This document shows positions 18,865 through 30,126 of a DNA stretch of 64,000 nt, piece by piece. This DNA comes from a virus. The notes under the pieces are model-generated. The model saw only the letters and a program-made list of their open reading frames with translations, did not search any database and was not told where the DNA came from. Every line of letters begins with the position of its first letter. Position 1 is the stretch's first letter. Position numbers and translations under genes: made by a program. The DNA is taken from the IMG/VR virus record IMGVR_UViG_3300042399_002267; one strand, given 5' to 3'.

Positions 18865-21783
18865 CTAGTTTTTCATTTCTAATTCTTTTATAGTGAAAGG
18901 TTGACTTACTCCTCGAACAAAAGCTGTAATTAAATTATTTTTCTTATCAAATGTATATCTTATGCTTTGGTATATATACTTGTCTGTTATTTCAGCTTCT
19001 CCATTTAAGAAAGCACTTACAGTAAAACAACCATGTGCAGATAATGGCTTGGTGGCATAACAATCAAATTGTATTGTGTGATAAGGATTTCTAATAATTT
19101 TTTCATTAATAGAATGTTTTTTTCTTAATAATTCAGCAGATGGAATTTCACTTGCATTGTATGCATCAATAATATATTTTCTAAACCCAACATAGCCTTC
19201 TGGTATTTTTCCAGAATCTAAAGAATTTAATATATTATCAAAAGCGGTATCTGACATAGCTTGTGCTAAAAATGTCTCATCCGAAACTTGTGCTTCAAAT
19301 CCAGTAAGTGTTTTTCCGTAAGTTTTGACACCAAATGCTAAATTCTCAACAGATGTGTTGATAATAAATTCACCACTTAATAATCCATGCCAATCGGGAG
19401 TTTTTGTAGAAGTATCAGGATTAACATTTATTTTTTGACCAGTTGGATTCAAAGTATCAACACCAAAATTTCCTATACCTAAAAATTTCAAATCTGAATC
19501 TATAGTTTTATATCTTGCTTCTAATTTAAATATTCCATTAGACTCATCCCATCTAAATACAGGTTGTTGTCCTAAAGTATTCATTTTTTCTAGCAAAGGA
19601 TGTAATCTTTCAGCTATTTTGTCAGTTGGTAATGCTTTCATACTATCCTGATATGCAGCTGGATTAGCATTCAACCTTAAACCAAATCCATCAATACCAG
19701 AATAATCTGCCTTAAAATAATCAGCAAATCCTGAATGATCAATTACTTGAGTGATAGCAGTAGATATAGCCAAACCACCAAAAAGATGTGCAGTATCAAA
19801 ATATACATTTTCTAAACAATAGCTACCAACGTCTTGACAAGTTAATGTGAGATTTCCACTTGATCCACTTCTATTCGAATCAATATTGGTAATGAAACCT
19901 TGAAAATATGGATAAACAGTTTCATATCCAGCCCAAATTTGAACAATACATAAATTATGCTCTATAAGCTGTAAAATATTCCAACCATGTTCTGTAGTAT
20001 CTAGATTTTTTAAAGTTACAGAAGCTGTTTTTTGTATTAATGAGGCATTTTGTAATGTTGAATTGACTTCAACACTTACAGCATCTAACCATGGGGACAA
20101 GTCACCTTTTGGAATTGAAAATATCAATCCTGTATCTTTTACATTAGCTTTTTTATTCTCAATATTTAAAAATGCTGGACCTTCAATAGTTGTATCGTAA
20201 CTTAACAATCCAAAACTAGTTCTATATGTTTTAAAATCAACAGATGCAATTTCTTTATATGAAAATTCTATAGTTTTTCCTAAACCTGAACTGTTTCTCC
20301 AGTCGCCAAATACCGCTGGTTTTCCATCCGTTACTTTTGATATAGGAGCTAATATACCTAAATATCTACCTGTTATAAAGTTATTAAAAATATTAATAGG
20401 CTTTAAAGATTCAGTTTTATCAACAGGTTTCAGAGGAGCCTTAAAATCTGTAAAGATATAACTCTTATAATCAGTGTCTAATGAATCATCTTCAGCATTA
20501 TAGTTGTTAAAAATTATTGCTGAATATTGAAATTTTATGTTTGCATTCTTGACTGTGAGTCTAATATTACCGGATCCTTTGGTAATATAATTTTCAGCTG
20601 AAGTTTTTTCGCCGATGTCTTCTGGATATATTGAATTCCACAAACTTATGTCGGGAGAGAAACCTATCAATACATTTGGACCTACAAAATGAACATAAAT
20701 TTCATATGAACTTTTATCACTTGCATTAAATACGGGTCCTTCTAACTGAGTTATTAAATTAGATTTTATTTGATTATTATCATTGTAAATGTATGTGATT
20801 ACTGGTTTGAGATTTGGTCGAAGTAAAATTCCATATTCATATATTGTGTTTATTTTTGGAGACGAATCCCATATTTTAATAAATATTTCCGAATCATTTG
20901 AATTTAAATCTGCAGAAAGAATTTTAATTACAAACCCACTATTTGCTGATTCAACTGCGTGTATTGGAGATGATCTATACGTTGAATTAGTAGTTCCAGG
21001 AATATACAAAAGAGCATTTGTTTTTACTGGATCTTGTCTGTAAATCGCGTCCATTGAAATTGGATATATTCTTTGTAATGATATAGATTTTCCCACGCCC
21101 AATGCATTTACTGCTACTGATGAACCATTGTAAGGATCAGAAATTGTTCTAATAGAAGGTTCATTGTTTGTAATATTAGGTCCAATATATTTAGTACATT
21201 CTCCTAAAAATAATTTATCAAAACCAAAATTCGAATCATATTCTTCTTTGTAAATATTCCAAATATTATATGTTGTTAAGATTGGAGGCTCTACATCATA
21301 TTGTTGAAACTTATTAAAAGGAATGATAGGCATACTATTTTTAGTAGATAGTCCTGGACTTCCTGGATCATATGCTGTTGATTGATCTGTGCCTACAAAA
21401 ATCGGATTGTAAGTAAAAGTATCTCTGGTTCCTGGACCTTTCAATAATGCATAAATAGGATGAACTTTAGAAGGTTCTATGCCACCATATGCAAACGTAC
21501 AAGAAGATGCGCTAGGTGTAGTATTTACTGGATTTATATGAGCATTTTGCAAAGAATTGATATAGCTCAACCTAGGACTAATTTTATTATATTTTGTCCC
21601 ATTGATATCAATCATAGGATAGTTATTAGATTTATTAAACTGTAAAGATTTAGTATTATTTGCATCTTTGTTGTATGAAAGTGGAGCGTAATAACCGCCT
21701 AACTCACTTCTACCAGGCATGTTCATAACCGCCAGGTTAACAACCATTTTTAATTCTCTAGCATCTGGTAATCTAATTGACAT
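18865..21783 (-). CDS. Baseplate hub/tail-tip-like protein (972 aa)
   Basis: C-terminal half resembles hub/Tal-type proteins: ASVTLKNLD...IVQIWAGY...YFQGFITNIDSNRSG...LTLTCQDVG...AITQVIDHSG; position in the tail operon. Confidence 0.55.
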   Translation of the reverse strand: MSIRLPDARELKMVVNLAVMNMPGRSELGGYYAPLSYNKDANNTKSLQFNKSNNYPMIDINGTKYNKISPRLSYINSLQNAHINPVNTTPSASSCTFAYGGIEPSKVHPIYALLKGPGTRDTFTYNPIFVGTDQSTAYDPGSPGLSTKNSMPIIPFNKFQQYDVEPPILTTYNIWNIYKEEYDSNFGFDKLFLGECTKYIGPNITNNEPSIRTISDPYNGSSVAVNALGVGKSISLQRIYPISMDAIYRQDPVKTNALLYIPGTTNSTYRSSPIHAVESANSGFVIKILSADLNSNDSEIFIKIWDSSPKINTIYEYGILLRPNLKPVITYIYNDNNQIKSNLITQLEGPVFNASDKSSYEIYVHFVGPNVLIGFSPDISLWNSIYPEDIGEKTSAENYITKGSGNIRLTVKNANIKFQYSAIIFNNYNAEDDSLDTDYKSYIFTDFKAPLKPVDKTESLKPINIFNNFITGRYLGILAPISKVTDGKPAVFGDWRNSSGLGKTIEFSYKEIASVDFKTYRTSFGLLSYDTTIEGPAFLNIENKKANVKDTGLIFSIPKGDLSPWLDAVSVEVNSTLQNASLIQKTASVTLKNLDTTEHGWNILQLIEHNLCIVQIWAGYETVYPYFQGFITNIDSNRSGSSGNLTLTCQDVGSYCLENVYFDTAHLFGGLAISTAITQVIDHSGFADYFKADYSGIDGFGLRLNANPAAYQDSMKALPTDKIAERLHPLLEKMNTLGQQPVFRWDESNGIFKLEARYKTIDSDLKFLGIGNFGVDTLNPTGQKINVNPDTSTKTPDWHGLLSGEFIINTSVENLAFGVKTYGKTLTGFEAQVSDETFLAQAMSDTAFDNILNSLDSGKIPEGYVGFRKYIIDAYNASEIPSAELLRKKHSINEKIIRNPYHTIQFDCYATKPLSAHGCFTVSAFLNGEAEITDKYIYQSIRYTFDKKNNLITAFVRGVSQPFTIKELEMKN

Positions 21784-24700
21784 TGTAAATCTTTATTTTC
21801 GATGTATTTTTGTAAGGGTTAATTACAATAGAATTTATCAAATTGTTATTATCTTGATAAAAAACTATAACTTCATCTGTTTTATTAGCTCTTGATGATG
21901 AAATAATTCCAGATTTTTGAGCTGGTAATGAAATATTTTCAGTACTATAGTAAGATACGATATTAGTTTTATAATCACTTTCTTTTTCGTTACCAACAAT
22001 ATGGTGATATCTATTAGGATTAGAAGAAGATTTAGAAAGTAAATTTATCAAATTGCATTCTGTATATATCAAAGATGTCTTGTGATAAAAGACAATTTTG
22101 ACAACATTTAATTTTTCATCAAAAACTGCACTTGGGGAAAATATATCTGCTGGAGAATTTGAAAAAACTGAAGAATCTACAATTAAAAATCTTTGAGATA
22201 TAAAACCATTATTGAATATTCTTCCAAATATTTTTCTAGAATCAGATTTTATCTTAAATAAAATAAGTAAATCTCCTGATGGCAAACTTATCACTGGAGA
22301 AAAATCATCTGAAGATTCTATTTCAATTGTATACACAAAAGGATTTGGAGCATTTGTAATATTTGCTAAGTTAATGTTTACAACTCTCAATTTCAATACT
22401 CCATTATCAATAAAAGAATTATATAATTCTGGAGAATTATTTGAAATACAAAATGAATTTAATTTTGATATTGGCAAAATAAAACTGTCTTGCTTGCCTA
22501 ACTTACTTGTGTATGGATACCAATTCTTTAAGTCATCTGAATGAAAGTTTGCAGAAATAATTATATTGTTTGATTTTTCTGCTAACACAAATGAATTTGA
22601 ATTATTAAAATAGTTATTTTTTGTGTTTGAAGATACTATGACAGGATTTTGCCCTACAAACTTACTACTTGAATCATTTAAGTAGATTAAGTCGGTATAG
22701 TATGTAAATGGATTATCAATTGTATCTAAAGACAAAAGTGAAACATTGTCATTGGTTTTATTATATGCGACTAATATCTGATTAGTTAATTTGTTTTCAA
22801 CTGCTGATATTTGTTTTTTAGCTAAATCTCTTACTTTGAATACAAATCTTTGTTGTTTTGAAGAATAAACTAAAAAATTAGTTACAAAAGAATTATTTTG
22901 TATCTCATGAGTTTTTAAACCAAAGCCAAATGGAGATCCAGTGTAAAATTTGCCTTGAATATCAGACAAAGTAGTTCCGCGATTATTAGTTGTATTATTT
23001 TCAACATAACGTAATGCAACTTCAGAATCTTCTTTTATTTTATTGTTTGAAGGATCTAAAACAAGTCCATGAGCTTGACCTCTCAAAATCACTCCTGCAC
23101 CTAAATTCATCCACCTTTTTACTGAACCATCATTGGGTGTGTATGTTTCAAAAGGGTCATTATAATCTGGTATAAAGTCTCCGTTTATTGAATCAAATAA
23201 TGTTTGTGCTATGACATTATTGTGAGAACCAGATGCAGATTGATTTTTTCTAATCCAAACTTGAATATCTGTGTTAGGATCATCATAATCTTTACCAAAA
23301 GAATATTTTCCAGGTTTTACAAAAGTTAATCCACCACCACCAAGCCATACCATTTTTCCTGTATCTGAATTAAGATAAGATTCTCTTCCAAAACTAGTTG
23401 CTGCAATTAATCTTTGAACAGTCCAACCAGTATGATTTGTGATCAATGAATCAGAAAATTGTTTGATAGTTCTTTGTATTTCTACAGAAATATTGCCTGT
23501 ATTTTCATATCCCCAATCCCATTCTTCTTCATTTCTACCATCAACATCAACTTGCCAATGTCTCTTTCCAAAATATAATGTTGTCCGGTTATTTATTATT
23601 TTATCGGTGAAAACTTTATTTAGATTGTCAGGAAATGGACCTACAAAATTTGAAAGAGTAGAAATATTTTCTACCAAATAAACGCCAAAATCAAAATTTT
23701 GTAAACTGTATTTTATTTCTATATTTGTATTATCTATTTCAATTTTGCTAATTCTTGTCAATCCAAAATAATCACTATTGGTTCTTTCTTGACTTGCAAC
23801 AGTTGTAAATGTTCTGTCTGTTGGCAAAAGTCTAGGATAGGGATTGTCTTGCACATCAACAAGTGATGTTTTATTTGTTGGAGAACATAGATCTATTCTA
23901 AATCTAGTAAATTGTGGCGTTGCTTCTATTGGATATGTTTTTATGTCATTGGGTAAACAAGTGATTGAAACAACTCCAGATTGATTTGATGAATTTTTAG
24001 ATTTTACATCAATCTCTAAATATCTATATGAATTAAAATTTCTAAATCCTCCATATATTGAAGGTGAATAATCTCTCAAATTACTTTTTATGCCAGAAGG
24101 TCTAACAGAAACAATGCCTAGATTAACAGAAACTTCTTTAGCATGTTTCATATTTAATGCTATGCCATGAATACCCCTGAACATCAAACGAGTATAAAAT
24201 TTATCATCTAAATTTGTATCTAATGTTGAAGAATCTATTTTACAACTTATCTGTGTTTTGGGGACAGTGTCTCTGCTAAAAGTTTTTTTACTACCACGCA
24301 AATCAGATAGAATATTGAATTTTTCAAAAAGATATTTACACTCTGTAATTTTTCCAGTATCAACTAAAGAAATTGTTGGTTCAATACCTGTACCTGCAAT
24401 TAAAACATTTATTTTATTTGGATATGGTTTGTCAAAAGCATTAATTCTTCCAAATATTCTTGCATTTCTATCAAGATACAATGTCAAATCTGTAAATGCA
24501 GTAGCACTTCCGCTAGGTATATCAAGTTTTGTTCTTACTAAATCTGCACCATTCCAAGTTGTTTCTGAGTTGCCTTCTATGTGTCTAAAAGATTTTCCAT
24601 CTTTGTCATTGATTTCTTTCTTTTCATTGTAAGGTACGTCAACTTTTACTCCATTTAATGTAACTCCATTAAGATTGGCAACTATTACTGGATTTGTATT

Positions 24701-25291
24701 ACCTTGAACACTTAATAAATGATAGTATCGAAATCTATGCTCAACATTTATTAAAATGTTATTTTGATTATTCTGCTCAGTATTTAAAGTTATTCTGTCA
24801 GTAAGTGGGTTTGGTCCAATTTGAACAGTAACATTTTGAGAAGGTCTTAATAATACAGTTTCATATTGTCTATAATCAGTTTTGAGTGGACTAGTTTGAT
24901 TAGAAGTTTCTGTAACATCGTATTTTATAGCTGTTAGAGCTTGAGAAAAATAAGTCCATGTTATTGGCACTGTATATGAAAAATTTTGAAACTGACCACC
25001 GGATTGACCTGACGGTACTGATCTAGATGATTCAAAATAACCACCATATAAATCAGTGACTGAAACTGTGACCTTGATCCTGATTCCCCAAAAACCATTA
25101 TTTCTACTAATCAATGGCTCGGAAATAATTCTCATTAAATTGCCAAATTGATCTGTGAACTCAATTTTAGAAACTTCTAATTTCGTTTCTATAGCTCCAG
25201 TATTTCGATTTATAGTATACGAAGCACTACCGCTACCTGTTGCTAGACATGTAGATGTTCTTGTAGTGTCAGTAAATGTGATGGTAGCCAT
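21773..25291 (-). CDS. 1172-aa virion structural protein (beta-rich; CBM-like middle, propeller-like C-terminus)
   Basis: Long ORF overlapping the downstream start by 11 nt; YRYLEIDVKS...RFRIDLC jelly-roll-like segment. Confidence 0.6.
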   Translation of the reverse strand: MATITFTDTTRTSTCLATGSGSASYTINRNTGAIETKLEVSKIEFTDQFGNLMRIISEPLISRNNGFWGIRIKVTVSVTDLYGGYFESSRSVPSGQSGGQFQNFSYTVPITWTYFSQALTAIKYDVTETSNQTSPLKTDYRQYETVLLRPSQNVTVQIGPNPLTDRITLNTEQNNQNNILINVEHRFRYYHLLSVQGNTNPVIVANLNGVTLNGVKVDVPYNEKKEINDKDGKSFRHIEGNSETTWNGADLVRTKLDIPSGSATAFTDLTLYLDRNARIFGRINAFDKPYPNKINVLIAGTGIEPTISLVDTGKITECKYLFEKFNILSDLRGSKKTFSRDTVPKTQISCKIDSSTLDTNLDDKFYTRLMFRGIHGIALNMKHAKEVSVNLGIVSVRPSGIKSNLRDYSPSIYGGFRNFNSYRYLEIDVKSKNSSNQSGVVSITCLPNDIKTYPIEATPQFTRFRIDLCSPTNKTSLVDVQDNPYPRLLPTDRTFTTVASQERTNSDYFGLTRISKIEIDNTNIEIKYSLQNFDFGVYLVENISTLSNFVGPFPDNLNKVFTDKIINNRTTLYFGKRHWQVDVDGRNEEEWDWGYENTGNISVEIQRTIKQFSDSLITNHTGWTVQRLIAATSFGRESYLNSDTGKMVWLGGGGLTFVKPGKYSFGKDYDDPNTDIQVWIRKNQSASGSHNNVIAQTLFDSINGDFIPDYNDPFETYTPNDGSVKRWMNLGAGVILRGQAHGLVLDPSNNKIKEDSEVALRYVENNTTNNRGTTLSDIQGKFYTGSPFGFGLKTHEIQNNSFVTNFLVYSSKQQRFVFKVRDLAKKQISAVENKLTNQILVAYNKTNDNVSLLSLDTIDNPFTYYTDLIYLNDSSSKFVGQNPVIVSSNTKNNYFNNSNSFVLAEKSNNIIISANFHSDDLKNWYPYTSKLGKQDSFILPISKLNSFCISNNSPELYNSFIDNGVLKLRVVNINLANITNAPNPFVYTIEIESSDDFSPVISLPSGDLLILFKIKSDSRKIFGRIFNNGFISQRFLIVDSSVFSNSPADIFSPSAVFDEKLNVVKIVFYHKTSLIYTECNLINLLSKSSSNPNRYHHIVGNEKESDYKTNIVSYYSTENISLPAQKSGIISSSRANKTDEVIVFYQDNNNLINSIVINPYKNTSKIKIYNVN

Positions 25292-25292
25292 G

Positions 25293-26324
25293 TTAGGAAT
25301 TCAAGAAAGATTTAAACATTGTTTTTATTTCAGCTTTTGTTTTTGCTTCATGTACTTGCAATGCTTTTTCAGTGTGAGATTCTAGTTTGTTTTCAAAATA
25401 AGATATAACTTCATTCTTAATATTATTTACTTCTATCTTAGTTATATTCTCTGTTTTTATTTTATTTTCCAAAACATTTACCATATTAGTTACAGATTCT
25501 AAAATTTCAGTCTTTATCTCGGTTATGTAATTTTGAGTTATATTTTGAATTGTAAATCTGACAGATTTATTTTTATTTAAAATACTATTCTTAAAACTAA
25601 CATTTTTTGAGTTGTATACATATTTTGAATTTTCCAGTGATATATTATTCTGTGTAGTATTGAAAATATTATCTATTTCATTATTTATCAAATTTTCAGT
25701 ATTATTTTGATTATTTGTTATATTTTGACTATTCAATGATTTGGGATTTAATGGATCAAAGCCATAATCTTTGGCATTTTCTGTCATTGGTAAATTGAGG
25801 ATCTCATTTGTTGATGAGGTACCTTGAGAGAAATACCTCTCATTTAATAATAAAATTACATATTTGTTTATTTTATCAATTACAGATAGAGATCCATAAT
25901 CATATTTTTTAGTATTTGCTAAGTCAATAAAATTATTTTCAAAATATTTCAATAACTCAAGTGCTTCATCTGCAATATATGGAATATCTTGAATCTCTTC
26001 TTCACTAGAATTTTCAATAAATGGATAAGATTTTGCAATATCATTAGATGATCTGAGCAAAATACTAGATTTATTTATGTTATTGAAAGGATTTAATCTA
26101 AGTAAAGATTCTGGTTTAGTTATATGTTTATGTTCTGGTAAAGAAAAATCATCAGGATTGTCCGATGATCCAGCAGTATATTTGTCTAATGCTAAAATTT
26201 GTGTAGAATAATTTTCGTCAATAATAAAATTTATAAATGGCTCTAATCCATTTAAATCAAGAAAAGCATCTGATTGATAAGATAATTTTTCATAACTTAC
26301 CATTTCGATGCTTTCTTTTTTCAT
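25293..26324 (-). CDS. Hypothetical Asn-rich protein (343 aa)
   Basis: Long ORF, 1-2 nt from both neighbours, same strand. Confidence 0.75.
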   Translation of the reverse strand: MKKESIEMVSYEKLSYQSDAFLDLNGLEPFINFIIDENYSTQILALDKYTAGSSDNPDDFSLPEHKHITKPESLLRLNPFNNINKSSILLRSSNDIAKSYPFIENSSEEEIQDIPYIADEALELLKYFENNFIDLANTKKYDYGSLSVIDKINKYVILLLNERYFSQGTSSTNEILNLPMTENAKDYGFDPLNPKSLNSQNITNNQNNTENLINNEIDNIFNTTQNNISLENSKYVYNSKNVSFKNSILNKNKSVRFTIQNITQNYITEIKTEILESVTNMVNVLENKIKTENITKIEVNNIKNEVISYFENKLESHTEKALQVHEAKTKAEIKTMFKSFLNS

Positions 26325-26326
26325 AT

Positions 26327-29300
26327 TTACTTATTGTGCTTAGGATTTTTCTTTTTTTCTTCTTCTTCTACTTCTTGTACAGTTTGATCCAAATGTTCTT
26401 CTGGATTTTCAAAAATATCACCATATCCTGGCAATAACTCATCCCAGTACTCAAAAGTTTCATCTTTTGGATCTTCTTTTGCAACCTTTACAAACTTGTT
26501 ATTTTCAGAAGCGAAAGATGTCAATGATCCAAGACTTGAAGGGTTTGTCAATAGTTCAAGATAAACGCCTTCTAATTTGGAAAGATTTGTTTGACTTGTT
26601 TGTAGTGCATCTTGTAAACTAGACATTTCATATTCATCAATTTGAGCTTGTGTTTCTGGAGATGGTTTTATTTTTGCACCAATACCTGGTTGTTTAGAAA
26701 TATCATCAAAGTATTTATCAAGTCCAATTTTCTCAATAATACTTTGTGCTTCTGCAGTTTGTGCCTGAGCAGCTTCTTCTTGATATTCTTTTAATTTTTT
26801 ATCAAGTTGAGCTGTGACTGCATCTCTTAATTGAACATCGGAAATACTGAGTATTTGATTCCTAAGAAAACTCAACTTTTCTGAGCTGTAATTCAAATGT
26901 AAGTAAGGAACACCTGCACCAATAGAATCATATTCAAAACCCATCTCTTTTAAGAGATTAGCTAATTTACTATTCGCCTTGTTAGCTAATTCTTGTGGAG
27001 ATAAAGCTCTTGGTTGCTGAACTTTCTTTTTTCCTAATGCTACATCAAGAGATTCCAGTGGATTGGGCAATTTAGGTTGCGGTAATGCACTTTGAGCTTC
27101 AGTGATAAGATTAGAGAATCTAAAACCTTGTAATTCTTTATTTGATGCTACTAAATTTTGCGGAATAACTCCAGGTTGAGGTTCTTGGATTTGTGGAGCA
27201 GTAACAGGAGATTTTGCTATTTGTGTATTATAAAATTTCTTAAATGCATCTGGGTCTTTAGACAATATTGAAGACATGATCTTTTCTTTATTATTTTTTT
27301 CAAGATCTATTAAATTTTGCAATGCTCCTAAAACACCACCAGGTCTCATGATCATGTTGGCAACATTAATTCCAATACCAAGAAGATTTTGCATATCAGG
27401 TATTTGTGATTTTAATTGTCTTAAAACCAATTGAGATTTTTGATAATTGTCAGCAAATAAAGTGAATGATTTGTATTTTCTTAATTTTGCTAAGAAAAAC
27501 TCTCTTAAATCTTTACTAACTTCAGCTTTTAAATCAAGAAGATTACTTGTTGATAAAATTTTATTTTTACCATACATTTCCATTGCTCTTTGCTTTAAAT
27601 TGTCAATAAGATTATTTTCATATTGAATAATTTTTGTAGCATCAAGAACTAGATTGTAATACTCTTGGTATTCTCTTTTTATTTCTTCAGGTGGAGCACT
27701 TGCTATACTTGATAAATCTTTTCCTCTAGAAACTTCACCTTCAATTCTTGCAGATAATGCAGATTCGAAATTACTGATTACCTGTTTGACATTTTGTCTG
27801 TATTGTTCTAAAGTTACTAAAGTTTTAGATTCAGACTGGGATGCCCCTAATGCTTCAAACATTTTGGCTGATCTTTGTACTTGCTGTGGAGTAAGTTGAT
27901 TCTTTGGTAAGTTTCTTCCTAAAACTCTTGGTGCAGTGGCATATGCATACTGTTGAAATAATAACCAACCAGAAGCTGCTAAACCTAAGGCTCCAGAAAT
28001 ATCACCACTTAAAAATGCATTAAGTACACCCAAACCACCCACTACAGTAAGCGCTGCATCAAAAAAAGGATCAGTAGTTGGATTAGGAGCTGCTATACTC
28101 TGAGATACTTTTATAAACTTATTATTATTATTAGCGTTTGCTTTTTTAGAACTTATGCTTTGGAGTTGTAATTCAGAACCAGTTCTACTTATCTCAGGGA
28201 AAAATTTTAATTCAAACTGCTTTGAATTCATGGTAGGAAGTTCTTTTAAGATAGAACTTAAAGAGCTAACCGTTCTTGAGAATGTTTTTGTAGTAGCAGC
28301 TAAATTTTGATTTTTGCTAGTCACAGCAAGAACTTTATTAATATCTGCAATCAAAAGTGTCAATGTTCTTTGAACATTAGGTTTGTTTTTATTAAATACA
28401 GATTCTGACTCTGCAGTTGTTTGTTGTACTGCAGCTGGCTTTTGTAAAGGAGATCCTTGTGTTCGAGGGGCATTTACTTTTGGCAAAGCTGGGGCAGTAA
28501 AACCTTGAGCTATCTTAACACTGCTGGTAACTTTTTTAACATCTGGTATATTTTTTCTTCTATCATAAGTTGGTATTGCTGTTTGATCACCTTGAATACC
28601 ACTTAGGAATTGATCTTTATACTCTTGCCCTAGTTTTAACTCTCTAAATAATCTACCGAACATTTTTAATCTAGGGTTTGTTTGAGAGTCTCCAAATATT
28701 TTTGCTACTTCTTGAATTGCAGCAATTTCAGCATTTACAAATTCATTGCTTTCCATCATGTCAGCAATTGCTTTTTGCTGATCAGCAATCTCTAGTGCTC
28801 TTATTTTTTTATTGATATTGAATTGATAATCTCTTCTTAGAACTTCATAATCTTCAGCTTTTCTCAATGTTGCTAAACCAATAACGTCTTGCATAAGATT
28901 GAATGCATCCATATCCTTGCCAAATAACAATGGATTGTTCATATATTCGTCAGCATTTCCCATAAATGCTGATATTAAGATATCAAACACAGGTATAGCT
29001 CTAAACTTAGATTGAAGACTAGCTGCATCTTCTAATATTCTTGAAGTAAGTTGAGGGTTTTGAATTGTTTTATAATGAAAAAGAGCAAAATCTAAAACTG
29101 TATTTAAGCTCTGTCCACTCTTGTATGAAGCGTTGATACCTTCATTACAAATGTCGATAAAATCTTCAAAAGGAATACTATACTCTGACAAACCTTTTGT
29201 AATAATTTTTATAACATTATCTTCAGAAGTTAATGTTAATAGTCTACTAATTAAAACATCTCTTTTTTGAAGATCGGCAGCAGTTAATTGAGCCAGTTGA

Positions 29301-29527
29301 CCTCTTTTTGCAGCAAGCTCCAAAAGCATCTTATTTACAGAATCAACGCCAGATGATCTAGAGGGTGCCTTTGTTCCTTTTTCTTCTTTTGGTTCTTTTT
29401 CTAGATTTTCTTTCTGAATTTTCTCAAGCTCTTCTAGTCGTTCTTCAACGGTTTTAGTATCTTCTGCTAACCTTTTATTAGATGAATGAGAACCAAAAAG
29501 GATATTGTTGCTGTTATCGAAATTCAT
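26327..29527 (-). CDS. 1066-aa mostly helical protein; candidate internal head/ejection or tape-measure-like protein
   Basis: Q/A/L/K-rich helical composition, two Gly-rich hydrophobic segments, recurrent K(I/V)(A/S)(Q/K) motifs. Function is inferred. Confidence 0.45.
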   Translation of the reverse strand: MNFDNSNNILFGSHSSNKRLAEDTKTVEERLEELEKIQKENLEKEPKEEKGTKAPSRSSGVDSVNKMLLELAAKRGQLAQLTAADLQKRDVLISRLLTLTSEDNVIKIITKGLSEYSIPFEDFIDICNEGINASYKSGQSLNTVLDFALFHYKTIQNPQLTSRILEDAASLQSKFRAIPVFDILISAFMGNADEYMNNPLLFGKDMDAFNLMQDVIGLATLRKAEDYEVLRRDYQFNINKKIRALEIADQQKAIADMMESNEFVNAEIAAIQEVAKIFGDSQTNPRLKMFGRLFRELKLGQEYKDQFLSGIQGDQTAIPTYDRRKNIPDVKKVTSSVKIAQGFTAPALPKVNAPRTQGSPLQKPAAVQQTTAESESVFNKNKPNVQRTLTLLIADINKVLAVTSKNQNLAATTKTFSRTVSSLSSILKELPTMNSKQFELKFFPEISRTGSELQLQSISSKKANANNNNKFIKVSQSIAAPNPTTDPFFDAALTVVGGLGVLNAFLSGDISGALGLAASGWLLFQQYAYATAPRVLGRNLPKNQLTPQQVQRSAKMFEALGASQSESKTLVTLEQYRQNVKQVISNFESALSARIEGEVSRGKDLSSIASAPPEEIKREYQEYYNLVLDATKIIQYENNLIDNLKQRAMEMYGKNKILSTSNLLDLKAEVSKDLREFFLAKLRKYKSFTLFADNYQKSQLVLRQLKSQIPDMQNLLGIGINVANMIMRPGGVLGALQNLIDLEKNNKEKIMSSILSKDPDAFKKFYNTQIAKSPVTAPQIQEPQPGVIPQNLVASNKELQGFRFSNLITEAQSALPQPKLPNPLESLDVALGKKKVQQPRALSPQELANKANSKLANLLKEMGFEYDSIGAGVPYLHLNYSSEKLSFLRNQILSISDVQLRDAVTAQLDKKLKEYQEEAAQAQTAEAQSIIEKIGLDKYFDDISKQPGIGAKIKPSPETQAQIDEYEMSSLQDALQTSQTNLSKLEGVYLELLTNPSSLGSLTSFASENNKFVKVAKEDPKDETFEYWDELLPGYGDIFENPEEHLDQTVQEVEEEEKKKNPKHNK

Positions 29528-29530
29528 TTC

Positions 29531-29713
29531 TTATTCTGTCTTAGCAATAATTTTATATGTGGAAGTGGAACAATGTGGGCATTTGCCTTGTAAAGCATGC
29601 CTGTTGCTCTTGAAGACTACTTTTTTAGGTGCAACTGTAGATACCATAGTTCTACATTTTACACAATACATTGGGTGAGTTACTGTACCGTCTTCTAATT
29701 TTTCTGATGCCAT
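29531..29713 (-). CDS. Small zinc-ribbon protein (DUF5679-like), 60 aa
   Basis: MYCVKCR...NRHALQGKCPHCSTSTYKI; start moved from 29740 to ATG 29713 because of the GGGAG-AATAAT-ATG SD (29740 remains possible as a leaderless start). Confidence 0.75.
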   Translation of the reverse strand: MASEKLEDGTVTHPMYCVKCRTMVSTVAPKKVVFKSNRHALQGKCPHCSTSTYKIIAKTE

Positions 29714-29778
29714 ATTATTCTCCCGTAAAATTAATTTCATAAATTATTGTACAAATACCTTTAACCAGTAGAACCGAA
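29714..29778. promoter_or_regulatory. Divergent intergenic region, expected to hold promoters for both blocks
   Basis: The only divergent strand switch in the window; contains the palindrome TTGTACAA (29747-29754), reading TGTACAAT on the minus strand. Confidence 0.5.
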
Positions 29779-30126
29779 ATGCCAAGATACGAGTATATTT
29801 GCAATTGCCACTTTGAACCTAAAACTTATGTTATTAACTTATCTTTTAGTGATTATAAACCTGAGATTCCTTGTCCTTGTGGCGATGGAGTAGCTAAAAG
29901 AAAATTTTCTTCATTCTCAGTACAAGAAGGGTTAACGTCTAATGAAAAGAAATTTGGCACAACGTCAAATAGAAAAAATATGGCAGACTTTATGAAGGAT
30001 CAAAAGACTGTAAGAAAATCTTCATATGCACCTGATACAAGAGAATCTGTATCAAATGAAATTTGGTTGGGTAAGGAAGGCTTAGATGGCATCACTTCTA
30101 TGCCTATCGAAAGGAAAAAAGATTAA
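29779..30126 (+). CDS. FmdB-family-like zinc-ribbon protein (115 aa)
   Basis: MPRYEYICNC...IPCPCGDGVAKRKFS matches the MP.YEY.C..C...CP.CG...R..S pattern, with CxC variants. Confidence 0.7.
   Translation: MPRYEYICNCHFEPKTYVINLSFSDYKPEIPCPCGDGVAKRKFSSFSVQEGLTSNEKKFGTTSNRKNMADFMKDQKTVRKSSYAPDTRESVSNEIWLGKEGLDGITSMPIERKKD

Noticed and set aside
28121-28133. (ATT)n microsatellite
   Set aside because: It simply encodes an Asn run (ANNNNK) in frame; too short to suggest phase variation.
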